Of a DNA stretch of 24,060 bases, positions 1 through 7,804 are shown piece after piece. The notes below the pieces were generated by a model, which worked only from the letters and a program-made list of their open reading frames with translations, made no database searches and was not told the DNA's origin. A program made the position numbers and the translations under genes. The stretch is from Pseudomonadota bacterium (GTDB lineage: Archaea > Thermoplasmatota > SW-10-69-26 > JACQPN01 > JAJPHT01): NCBI GenBank assembly GCA_021325135.1, contig JAJPHT010000005.1:1-24060 (forward strand). The letters are read 5' to 3'. Each line of letters starts with the position of its first letter. The first letter of the stretch is position 1.

Positions 1-197
1 CACGTGAAGTTGCAGTAGTCCACGATGGGCGTCATCTGCATGCAGCCGCGCGACTCGATGCCGTAGAAGTCGCCCTTGTAGCAGTGGCGGTCGCCCTTGA
101 GGTCCTCCTTGGTCCAGTGGCAGAGCTTGACGCCCACGTGCTCGCCCACCGTGCCGTAGCCCTGCTTGTGCAGGACCTGCCGGAGCTCCTCACGCAT
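1..197 (-). CDS. taw1: 4-demethylwyosine synthase TYW1/Taw1 (radical SAM tRNA-Phe modification), 5' part; runs off the window's left edge
   Basis: Manual translation from ATG 197: MREELRQVLHKQGYGTVGEHVGVKLCHWTKEDLKGDRHCYKGDFYGIESRGCMQMTPIVDYCNFT. The VKLCHW, CYK..FYGIES..C.QMTP..C motifs are characteristic of archaeal TYW1. Not in the ORF track. Confidence 0.93.
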   Translation of the reverse strand, partial: MREELRQVLHKQGYGTVGEHVGVKLCHWTKEDLKGDRHCYKGDFYGIESRGCMQMTPIVDYCNFT

Positions 198-292
198 GGC
201 CGCCGAGTCGGCGCGCAGCTATTTCACCGTTCCGGGGGCCCGGCTTTGACCCATAGTGGGGTCTGGGGGCGGCCTGCCTGGGGGGATCGCGC

Positions 293-1078
293 TCACCCGG
301 CGATGGCGACCAGGGGCCGCTCGATCCTCGCCAGGGGCCGCGGCTGGACGCGGGGCTCCTCCCGCGTGGCGGGCGCGACAAGGATGAGGAGGGCGTGGGC
401 GGTGCCGCGCGCCAGGGCGTGAAGGGGGCGGCGCGTCTTCTCCAGGAGGACCCGGACCAGGACCCGGGGCGCGTGGAAGCGGACGAAGCCCAGGAGCCGC
501 CCGTGCCGCGCCGTCATCTGCTCGCGCTCGGCGCGGGTCTTGGGCGTGCGGTCGTGGAGGAGGATGCCCGTCGCGTTCGTCTCGGCGGCGGCGGTGAGGA
601 TGCGCGCGCCGATCTCGTCCTCGTCCGTGCCGGGCAGCGTGGCGATCCGCTGGAGGGTGTCCTCTTCGTCGAGGTCCGCGATGAGGACGTCGCAGGGGGG
701 CCGCTGGAGGACGGGCTCCAGGGTGCCTTGCACGAGGCTCTTGAGGCTGAACGCCTCGCGCCAGCCCACGAGCACGAGGTCGGCCTTCAGGTCGAGGGCG
801 GCCTGGCGGATCTCGGCGCCGACGAGGTGCGCGAGGCGGACCTCGGTGCGCACGCGCACGCCGGAGGGCAGGCTGGCGCGGGCCAGCTCGAAGAGGGGGA
901 GGGCTTCGCGCTTCGTGTCGGCGTTCTCCAGGGAGGAGAGGAGAGGGACGTTGACGACGTGCAGGAGGACGATCTCGCCGCCGGTCAGGTCCGCGATCTT
1001 CGCGGCGGCCCGGCAGAGGCGGGGGACGGCGAGGTGGTGCGCGAGGGGGACGAGGATGCGGGGGGCGGGGTGGGGCAT
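293..1078 (-). CDS. Universal stress protein (USP) domain protein with a degenerate second domain
   Basis: RILVPL..., IVLLHVV, AEIRQAA..KADLVLVG, VLQRPPCDVLI are typical USP motifs. Start trimmed to ATG 1078 (MPHPAPRILVP); the upstream ORF extension looks non-coding. Confidence 0.8.
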   Translation of the reverse strand: MPHPAPRILVPLAHHLAVPRLCRAAAKIADLTGGEIVLLHVVNVPLLSSLENADTKREALPLFELARASLPSGVRVRTEVRLAHLVGAEIRQAALDLKADLVLVGWREAFSLKSLVQGTLEPVLQRPPCDVLIADLDEEDTLQRIATLPGTDEDEIGARILTAAAETNATGILLHDRTPKTRAEREQMTARHGRLLGFVRFHAPRVLVRVLLEKTRRPLHALARGTAHALLILVAPATREEPRVQPRPLARIERPLVAIAG

Positions 1079-1089
1079 CGGCGTGTTCT

Positions 1090-1255
1090 CTTGGCGCTCC
1101 GAGGTCGCGGGCGTGTCGGGGTCGGCAAGCGAACGCGCGAGGGCGCCCGTGTCGGCGGCGGCACGTCGCCCCCGCTTGCCGCGGGGGGACGGGTGGCTAC
1201 CGAACCCGCACGATCCGCCTCCGGGCCTTGGAGGTTCCGTTTTCGGGACGCCAAG
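1090..1255. other. Structured intergenic element (candidate cis-regulatory RNA or small repeat element) between the divergent USP and kup genes
   Basis: Terminal inverted repeat CTTGGCGCTCCGA (1090-1102) / TCGGGACGCCAAG (1243-1255). Internal perfect 9-bp complement CGGCAAGCG (1123-1131) / CGCTTGCCG (1173-1181). Hairpin CCCCCGC-TTGCC-GCGGGGG (1169-1187). Confidence 0.35.
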
Positions 1256-1390
1256 GGCTCGCACGGTTCCCTTTGAACCTTCAAGCCGGGCTGCCGATCA
1301 AGGCCCAGACCGAAACCATGCCACGCCAAGGCACGACGCGGCGCGGGGGTCATTCCGCGGGCGCGTGACGACGGGCCCGCAGGAAGACGC

Positions 1391-3274
1391 ATGGCGACCC
1401 CGGCGAAGAGCGGCAAGGGAAGCTGGTTCACGCTGGGCCTGAGCCTGGCCGCGCTGGGCGTCGTCTATGGCGACATCGGGACGAGCCCCCTCTACGCCCT
1501 CGCGGTCTGCTTCGACGGCGCGCACGGCGTGGGCGTCTCCCCCGAGAACGTCCTGGGCGTGCTCTCGCTGATCTTCTGGTCGCTCGTCATCGTGGTCACG
1601 CTGAAGTACCACGTCTTCGTCCTGCACGCCGACAACAAGGGCGAGGGCGGGATCCTCGCGCTGATGAGCCTCGTGCGCCCCGCCGGCGCGAAGCGGCGCC
1701 TGTGGGTCGTCATGCTGGGCCTCTTCGGCGCGGCGCTCCTCTACGGCGACGGCATGATCACGCCCGCCATCAGCGTGCTCTCCGCCTTCGAGGGCCTCAA
1801 CGTGGCGACGCCCGCCCTCGCGCCCTACGTGATCCCGCTCACGCTCCTCGTGCTCGTCACGCTCTTCGCCTTCCAGCGGCACGGCACCGCGCGGATCGGG
1901 CGCGTCTTCGGCCCGACCATGCTCGTCTGGTTCGGCGTCCTGGCGATCCTGGGCGTGCGTGGCATCCTCCAGGCGCCTGAAGTCCTCAGCGCCGTGAACC
2001 CCCTGCACGCCGTCCATTTCTTCGCGGCGAACCCGCTGGGCAGCTTCCTCGTGCTGGGCGCCGTCTTCCTCGTCGTGACGGGCGGCGAGGCGTTGTACGC
2101 GGACATGGGGCACTTCAACGAGCGCGCCATCCAGATCGCCTGGTTTGGCGTCGCGCTCCCCGGCCTCCTGCTGAACTACTTCGGGCAGGGCGCCCTGCTG
2201 CTGCGCGATCCCGCGGCGGCGAGCAATCCCTTCTACCTGCTCGCGCCCTCGTGGGCGGTCCTGCCCCTCGTGGTGCTCTCGATGGCGGCGACGGTGATCG
2301 CCTCGCAGGCGATCATCAGCGGCGCCTACTCGCTCACCATGCAGGCGATCCACCTGGGCTACCTGCCCCGCATGAGGATCGACCACACGAGCGCGGTCCA
2401 GAAGGGGCAGATCTACGTCCCCGCGATCAACAGCCTGCTCCTCCTCTCCACGGTGCTCCTGGTGCTCGCGTTCAGGTCGAGCGGCGCCCTGGCGGGCGCC
2501 TACGGCATCGCCGTGACCACGACGATGGTCATCACCACGCTGCTCATGTGGCTCGTGGTGCGCGACATCTGGCGCTGGCCCCTCGCGCTCGCGGTCCCCG
2601 TCGTGGGGGTTTTCCTCCTGGTGGACCTGACGTTCTTCGCGGCCAACGTCACGAAGATCCCCGAAGGCGGCTGGTTCCCTCTGGCCGTGGGCCTCGCGGT
2701 CTTCATCCTCATGACGACGTGGCGCCACGGGAGAAGCCTCCTGCGCGAGAGGCTGCGCGAGTCCGAGACGCCGCTGGAGCCTTTCCTCGCGGGCCTGCGC
2801 ACCTCGGGCATCGTGCGGGTCAAGGGGACGGGCGTGTTCCTCACGGGCAACCAGGAGGCGATGCCGCCCGCGCTCGTGCGGATGGTGCGGCACACGAAGG
2901 TGCTCCACAAGAGCGTCCTCCTGCTGACGATCTCCCTGGAGGACGTGGCGCGCGTCCCCGAGGCGGAGCGCCTCGAGCACAAGGAGCTGGGCCTGGGCTT
3001 CCATCGCGCCGTGGCGCACTACGGCTTCATGGAGGAGGTGGACGTGCCGCGCATGATGGACCTCCTGCGCGAGCGCGGCTTCGAGCACGATCCCGACGAC
3101 ACGACGTACTTCCTGGGGCGGGAGCGGCTCGTGGCGCCGCACGGGACGACGGGCTTCCGCCTCTGGCGCCCCCGGCTCTTCGCGTGGATGGCGCAGAACA
3201 GCCAGCCCGTGCCAGCCTACTTCCAGATTCCGCCCGAGCGCGTCGTCGAGGTGGGCGCGCAGATCACGCCGTGA
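1391..3274 (+). CDS. kup: KUP/HAK/KT family potassium transporter
   Basis: LGVVYGDIGTSPLYA, ADNKGEGGILAL, YGDGMITPAISVLSA, TGGEALYADMGHF, GQIYVPAIN, AYGIAVTTTM, GGWFPL, HYGFME motifs; 627 aa. Confidence 0.97.
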   Translation: MATPAKSGKGSWFTLGLSLAALGVVYGDIGTSPLYALAVCFDGAHGVGVSPENVLGVLSLIFWSLVIVVTLKYHVFVLHADNKGEGGILALMSLVRPAGAKRRLWVVMLGLFGAALLYGDGMITPAISVLSAFEGLNVATPALAPYVIPLTLLVLVTLFAFQRHGTARIGRVFGPTMLVWFGVLAILGVRGILQAPEVLSAVNPLHAVHFFAANPLGSFLVLGAVFLVVTGGEALYADMGHFNERAIQIAWFGVALPGLLLNYFGQGALLLRDPAAASNPFYLLAPSWAVLPLVVLSMAATVIASQAIISGAYSLTMQAIHLGYLPRMRIDHTSAVQKGQIYVPAINSLLLLSTVLLVLAFRSSGALAGAYGIAVTTTMVITTLLMWLVVRDIWRWPLALAVPVVGVFLLVDLTFFAANVTKIPEGGWFPLAVGLAVFILMTTWRHGRSLLRERLRESETPLEPFLAGLRTSGIVRVKGTGVFLTGNQEAMPPALVRMVRHTKVLHKSVLLLTISLEDVARVPEAERLEHKELGLGFHRAVAHYGFMEEVDVPRMMDLLRERGFEHDPDDTTYFLGRERLVAPHGTTGFRLWRPRLFAWMAQNSQPVPAYFQIPPERVVEVGAQITP

Positions 3275-3289
3275 AGGAGGGGATGAAGA

Positions 3290-3643
3290 TTGCATGCGTG
3301 GCGGCAGGTCGCGGCCCTCCTGGTGTTCTTCGGCGGCTTCGCGGACGCGGGCCTCGCGCACCCCGACCGCCTGGACGCCTTGGACCTCGTCCTCTTCGGG
3401 ACGGGCCTCTCCAGCGCGATCCTGTTCCTCTCGCTCGGGGCCATCACGCGCTCGCGCCTCCTCCTCCTCATCGGCGGAGTGGCCGTGGCGTCCGCCGTCG
3501 CCGTCGTCCTGGACGCCGCGCGGGGCCTCACGGTGGCCGAGGTCGTCATCGCGGCGACGGACGTGACGCTCCGCCTGGCCCTCGCGGCGTGCCTCGCCGT
3601 GCTCGCCTACCGCCACGTCCGCCCGGACCATCGCGGCGCTTGA
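3290..3643 (+). CDS. Small hypothetical membrane protein (~4 hydrophobic segments)
   Basis: 117-aa hydrophobic ORF directly after kup, with GGAGG at ~3276-3280 and GC3-rich codons. The TTG start is uncertain. Confidence 0.55.
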   Translation: MHAWRQVAALLVFFGGFADAGLAHPDRLDALDLVLFGTGLSSAILFLSLGAITRSRLLLLIGGVAVASAVAVVLDAARGLTVAEVVIAATDVTLRLALAACLAVLAYRHVRPDHRGA

Positions 3644-3689
3644 TGCGCACGGATCGACGGGCTTGGAGCCAAAGCGGGGTCCCCACGGC

Positions 3690-3735
3690 TTGAGCCGCGT
3701 TCAAGTCCGCTTGAGGTTCGTCAAGAAAGGTTAAG
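3690..3735 (+). promoter_or_regulatory. Candidate operator array plus BRE/TATA-like promoter of the 3775-6813 operon
   Basis: TTGA(3690)-N7-TCAA(3701)-N6-TTGA(3711)-N6-TCAA(3721)-GAAAGG-TTAAG. Closely matches the reverse complement of 9661-9696. Confidence 0.6.
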
Positions 3736-3774
3736 CCTGCCACGCGCGTCGCGGCGGCCGAGGCTTGGTATCCC

Positions 3775-4206
3775 ATGAAGCTCCTCGCGCCGCTGGGCGC
3801 CCTTCTCCTGCTGGCCGCCCCCGCCTTCGCGACCCCCGCCCCCGTCTCCGTGACGCTGGACGTGGGCTACGGCCACCACGCGGTCCCCTCCGCCGTCTCC
3901 TGCCAGGTCGTCGTGCCCGACGACGCGACTGCCGCGGACGTGCTCGACGCCGCGGCCGCCGCGGGCTGCATCAGGTCGTGGACCGCCGTCGACTACGGTT
4001 CCCCCGACGCGCCCAACCGCTTCGTGCAGTGCGTCGAGACGACGACCGACGTGTGCGGCCAGGACGCGGTGCTCGACGGCACGTTCTGGGCCTTCTACTT
4101 CGACGGCGCGCTGGCCAACGGCGGCGTCGACGCGACGCACGTCCACGCGGGCGACGACGTGCAGCTGGTCTTCACCGACTACTTCGTCCCCTTCTCCCTT
4201 CCGTGA
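3775..4206 (+). CDS. Secreted DUF4430 / transcobalamin-like C-terminal (beta) domain protein
   Basis: Signal peptide MKLLAPLGALLLLAAPAFA. T..DVL..A, FV..V and FWAFYFDG....GGVDATHVHAGDDVQLVF match the DUF4430 pattern (W.F..DG....G......GD.V). Four Cys. Confidence 0.75.
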   Translation: MKLLAPLGALLLLAAPAFATPAPVSVTLDVGYGHHAVPSAVSCQVVVPDDATAADVLDAAAAAGCIRSWTAVDYGSPDAPNRFVQCVETTTDVCGQDAVLDGTFWAFYFDGALANGGVDATHVHAGDDVQLVFTDYFVPFSLP

Positions 4207-4215
4207 GGCGCTTCC

Positions 4216-6813
4216 GTGCGCGGCTGGGCGATCCTCGCGGCGGCCCTCGTGCTGCCCACGGTCGTGCCCACCGCGCACGCGGACGCCGCGGGGGACGCGG
4301 GCGCGCGCGGGCTCGCCTGGCTCGCGGCGCACCAGCAGCCCTCGGGCACCTTCGGGGGCTACCTCCCGGTGTACGCCGCGGAGGCCGCCGCCGAGGCGGG
4401 CCTTGACCTGGGCGCCTGGCCCACGGCCGAGCATCCCGCCCTGCGGGACCTCGCCCCCTACGACTACAACAACGGCGGGAGCGGCCCCCTCTACAGCGCG
4501 GAGCGGCGCGCGCACGCCCTGGGCATGGATGGCCGCGACCCCCGCGCGTTCCAGGGCGAGGACCTCGTGGCGGAGATCCAGTCCAACCTCTCGGGCGGGC
4601 AGTACGGCGACCCGGCGTACCTCAACGACGACGCATGGGCCATCCTGGGCCTGCGCGCGGCGGGGGTCGCGCCCTCCGACGCGGGCCTCCAGTCCGCGGC
4701 CTCGTTCCTCCTCTCGGGGCGCTCCGCGGACGGCGGATGGGCGAACAAGCCCAGCGCGACCTCCGGCGACACCGACGACACGGGCGCCGCCCTCGTGGCG
4801 CTGGCCTCCGCGGGCCGGCTCTCCGGGGGCGACGTGCGCGCGGCGCTCTACCTGAACTCCACGCACGCGCAGGGCGGCGGCCACGGCAGCGCCGTCGGCG
4901 TGGCGCCCACGGCCAACTGCCAGAGCACCGTGTGGGCGCTGCGCGGCTACCGCGCGCTGCGGATCGACCCGCCCGCGGACGACCTTCCCTACCTTCTCTC
5001 GCTCCAGCACGCGGATGGCGGCTTCGGCAAGGACGCGCACGACGACCCCGACGGCTTCTGCACCGCGGAGGCCGTGGCCTTCCTCGCGGAGGACCCCGCC
5101 GCGGGCGCGCCAAGCTATCGTTCCTGCGGGCCCCTCGTGGGCGAGGTCCACGCGCTGGAGCCTGCGACGCTGGCCGTCCCCGCGGCGTTCGCGTCCGCCT
5201 CGTGGACCGTGGGCGGCCAGCAGGCCAGCGGCCGCTTCGCCACGCTGACGTTCCCCGCCAAGGGGGACGTGCCGCTCTCGGTGGACGCCTCGGGGCCCGG
5301 CCTCGCCTGCCGCGTCCGCGGGACGCTCCGCGTCGGCACGGCGCGCCCCGTCGTCGCGCTTGGGAGCGGCGACCTCGCGGCGCCTCGCCTCGCTACGGTC
5401 GCGCTGGACGTCTCCCGCTCGCGCGATCCCGACGGCCGCATCGTCGCCTGGCGCGTCGACTGGGGCGACGGCAACGCGACCGCCCTCCCGTCGCACGCCT
5501 ACGCGCTCCCCGGCGTCTACGCGGCGCAGGTCGCGGCGCAGGACGACGAGGGCGCCTGGAGCGATATCACCCTCGCGACGGTCCACGTCCGCAACCTCCC
5601 TCCCAGGCTCTCGGGCCTCCCTGCTGCCCTCGTCGCGGACCGCGCCCATGATATCACCCTCCCCGTGGACGCGTCCGACCCCGAGGGCGACCCTGTCTCG
5701 GTCTCGTGGGCCCTGGGGGGCCTCTCGGGGGAGGGCGCCCCCCACCTGCGCCCCGCGGAGCTGGGCAACGCGACGCTGGCCCTCCTCGCGCGCGATCCCT
5801 ACGGCGGCGAGGCGTCCGCCAACGTCTCCGTGGAGGTGGTCGACCTGCCGCCCGCGCTGGCGAACGTCACGCTGCCCGGGGACGCCACCGAGGGCGAGCC
5901 CTTCGCGTTCTCCGCCGAGGCGAGCGACCCCGACGGACCCGAGCCCACGATCGCGTGGACGCTGGGCAACGTCTCGTGGAGCGGCGCGCGGGGCGAGATC
6001 GCCCTGCCCGCGGGCCCGCAGCGCGTCGTCGTGGCGGCGCGCGACGCCGAGGGGCTGGAGGCGCGCGTCGAGCGCACGCTCCTCGTCGCCCCCCGCGGCG
6101 CGCCCCCTCCCGCCGCGGAGCCCCCCGCGGTGCTCTCCGTCGAAGGGGCCTTGGACAACGGCACGCTGCGCGTCGCCGCGCGCCTCTCCCCCGCCAACGC
6201 CACCGGGCTCGTCCTCTGGACCAGCGCCGCGGGAAACGGCAGCGCCCCCCTCGTGGACGGCCATGCCGAGGTGCCCCTGCCGGGAGCGACCGAGGTTGAT
6301 ATCACCGTCGAGGCGCGCGCGGGCAATCTCACGGCCTCGCAGGCGGCCGGGCCGTTCCGCGCGCCGCCCCCGCCGCTCGCGGCGCCCGTTCTCCACCTCC
6401 CGCCCCTCGCGAGGCCCGGCGCCCCCGTGACGCTCTCGTGGGACCTGCCCGAGGGGGCGACCGAGGCGCTCGTGGACTTCGGCGACGGGACAGGCACGGG
6501 CTGGACGAACGCCACGAGCGCGGAGCACGCCTGGGCGCGGGCGGGCGCGTATGGCCTGCGCGTGGAGGCGCGCGCTCCCGACGGTCGCGCGTCGGCGGTC
6601 GACGCGGGCCTTGCCGTCGAGGCCGCGCCCGCGCCGCTGGAGAAGGCGAGCGCGCCCGCGCCGACGCCCGCCCCTGTGGAGAGCGTCCGCGTCACGCCGC
6701 CGGAGGCGCAGGCGGCGAAGAGGGCTCCGGCGCCCCCGGCGTGGATGGCGCTGGCGATGGCCGCGACGCTTGCCGCAGCGCGTCGTGCGCGCGGACGCAG
6801 GGGCCCACGCTGA
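4216..6813 (+). CDS. Cell-surface protein: prenyltransferase/squalene-cyclase-like alpha/alpha barrel plus PKD/Ig-like repeats and a C-terminal membrane anchor
   Basis: Signal peptide. Barrel repeats WLAAHQQPSGTFG, NDDAWAILGL, FLLSGRSADGGW, DTDDTGAALVAL, YLLSLQHADGGFG. PKD motifs SRDPDGRIVAWRVDWGDG and VDFGDG..HAWARAGAY. C-terminal Pro-rich linker, hydrophobic helix and Arg tail. Confidence 0.8.
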   Translation: MRGWAILAAALVLPTVVPTAHADAAGDAGARGLAWLAAHQQPSGTFGGYLPVYAAEAAAEAGLDLGAWPTAEHPALRDLAPYDYNNGGSGPLYSAERRAHALGMDGRDPRAFQGEDLVAEIQSNLSGGQYGDPAYLNDDAWAILGLRAAGVAPSDAGLQSAASFLLSGRSADGGWANKPSATSGDTDDTGAALVALASAGRLSGGDVRAALYLNSTHAQGGGHGSAVGVAPTANCQSTVWALRGYRALRIDPPADDLPYLLSLQHADGGFGKDAHDDPDGFCTAEAVAFLAEDPAAGAPSYRSCGPLVGEVHALEPATLAVPAAFASASWTVGGQQASGRFATLTFPAKGDVPLSVDASGPGLACRVRGTLRVGTARPVVALGSGDLAAPRLATVALDVSRSRDPDGRIVAWRVDWGDGNATALPSHAYALPGVYAAQVAAQDDEGAWSDITLATVHVRNLPPRLSGLPAALVADRAHDITLPVDASDPEGDPVSVSWALGGLSGEGAPHLRPAELGNATLALLARDPYGGEASANVSVEVVDLPPALANVTLPGDATEGEPFAFSAEASDPDGPEPTIAWTLGNVSWSGARGEIALPAGPQRVVVAARDAEGLEARVERTLLVAPRGAPPPAAEPPAVLSVEGALDNGTLRVAARLSPANATGLVLWTSAAGNGSAPLVDGHAEVPLPGATEVDITVEARAGNLTASQAAGPFRAPPPPLAAPVLHLPPLARPGAPVTLSWDLPEGATEALVDFGDGTGTGWTNATSAEHAWARAGAYGLRVEARAPDGRASAVDAGLAVEAAPAPLEKASAPAPTPAPVESVRVTPPEAQAAKRAPAPPAWMALAMAATLAAARRARGRRGPR

Positions 6814-7804
6814 ACGCGAAGAGGAGCGCGTTGGCGAGGGCGGGCACGACGTTGAACGCGAGCCCCGCCAGCACGAGGGCGCCCAGCGCGGCGGGCGTCT
6901 CGCGGTAGAGGAGGAGCCACGTCGCGGCGTCGGAGGCCGCGCTGAAGAGGAGCATCGACGCGAGGCCTGCGGAGGCCGCGAGCAGCGCGCCCGCGAGGCC
7001 CGACCAGTCGACGCGGCGCAGCGCGCCGCCCGCGAGGCCCAGGAGCGCCATGGCGGGGACGTTGACGAGGCCGGGCGGGTAGAGGCCGCTGAGCATGAGG
7101 TCGGTCATGAGCATGGCCAGAGCGCCGCCCGTCGCGCCCACGAGCGGGCCCCACAGCAGGCCGCCCAGGAAGACGACGACGTAGGTGAGCTTCACGTTGG
7201 GAAGCGCCAGGAGCGCGAGCCGGCCCGCGGTGGCCAGCGCCGCGACGGTGACGATGGGGACGAAGCGCGCGGGCGTGTCGTGGCCGGCGAGGCGCAGCGC
7301 GTCGCGGCGGATGGCGGCGCGGCGGTGCGCGGCCACGGTGAGCGCGGGCAGCAGGCGCGCCGCCTCGCGCGCGCGGGCCAGCCGTCCGCGCGGCCACGCG
7401 CCCTCCAGCGTGCGCGCGAGGCGCAGGCGCTCGAAGTCGGTCCGCACGTCGTGGGCCGCCAGGAGCACGGCCGCGACCCAAGCCGTGGCGCGCGGCGGGA
7501 GGCGCAGCCCCTCTGCGAGGCGCGCCGCGCCCACGCGCGAGAGCGCCGCGAGGCTCGCTCCCATGGCGGCCGCCATGCGCAGCCCGCCGACGGCGCCCTG
7601 CTCCAGGCCTCCGCCCACGAGCCAGAGCACGGCGGCGTTGATCGCGATGGTGGAGCCCGCCAGCAGGAGGAATGCCTTCCGCTCGCGCACCACGAGGAGC
7701 GCGGCGAGCGCGACCGCCGCGGCGGCGGGCCACGGCGCGGCGAGGGCGAGGAGCGTCGCGGCGGCGACCGCGAGGAGGACCGCCACGGCGTCCGCGCGCC
7801 TCAG
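6692..7804 (-). CDS. ECF transporter fused T component (N-term) and CbrT-like S component (C-term)
   Basis: N-half is hydrophobic with EcfT-like coupling helices (RLARTLEG...[15 protein letters not shown]...DALRLAG). C-half [45 protein letters not shown] resembles CbrT-type S components. Start is either CTG 7804 (after GGAGGTG, overlapping the upstream stop) or GTG 7786. Confidence 0.72.
   Translation of the reverse strand: MRRADAVAVLLAVAAATLLALAAPWPAAAAVALAALLVVRERKAFLLLAGSTIAINAAVLWLVGGGLEQGAVGGLRMAAAMGASLAALSRVGAARLAEGLRLPPRATAWVAAVLLAAHDVRTDFERLRLARTLEGAWPRGRLARAREAARLLPALTVAAHRRAAIRRDALRLAGHDTPARFVPIVTVAALATAGRLALLALPNVKLTYVVVFLGGLLWGPLVGATGGALAMLMTDLMLSGLYPPGLVNVPAMALLGLAGGALRRVDWSGLAGALLAASAGLASMLLFSAASDAATWLLLYRETPAALGALVLAGLAFNVVPALANALLFAFSVGPCVRAHDALRQASRPSPAPSTPGAPEPSSPPAPPAA

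Noticed and set aside
1165-1215. c-di-AMP (ydaO) riboswitch upstream of kup (GCGGGGGGAC...CCGAACCCG resemblance)
   Set aside because: Core elements GGGGUGAAU and GUCAGCUAACC are absent; only fragments resemble the consensus.
1273-1284. Third copy of the TCAA/TTGA operator
   Set aside because: The spacing is N4 rather than N6 and it is a single palindrome; not counted as part of the regulon.
1240-1285. Cobalamin riboswitch on the minus strand (AAAGGGAACCGTGCGAG)
   Set aside because: No P5 pairing, no GCCCCCGC.ACUGU and no B12 box; the gene context is also wrong.
3644-3774. Cobalamin riboswitch ahead of the DUF4430 operon
   Set aside because: No consensus motifs, and the apparent promoter is only ~40 nt from the start codon.
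1298-6528. Long antisense and alternate-frame ORFs (e.g. 1298-3631 -, 3721-6528 -, and similar ones across the window)
   Set aside because: Arg/Gly/Ala/Pro-rich shadow ORFs expected at this GC content; they overlap well-supported genes and lack motifs.
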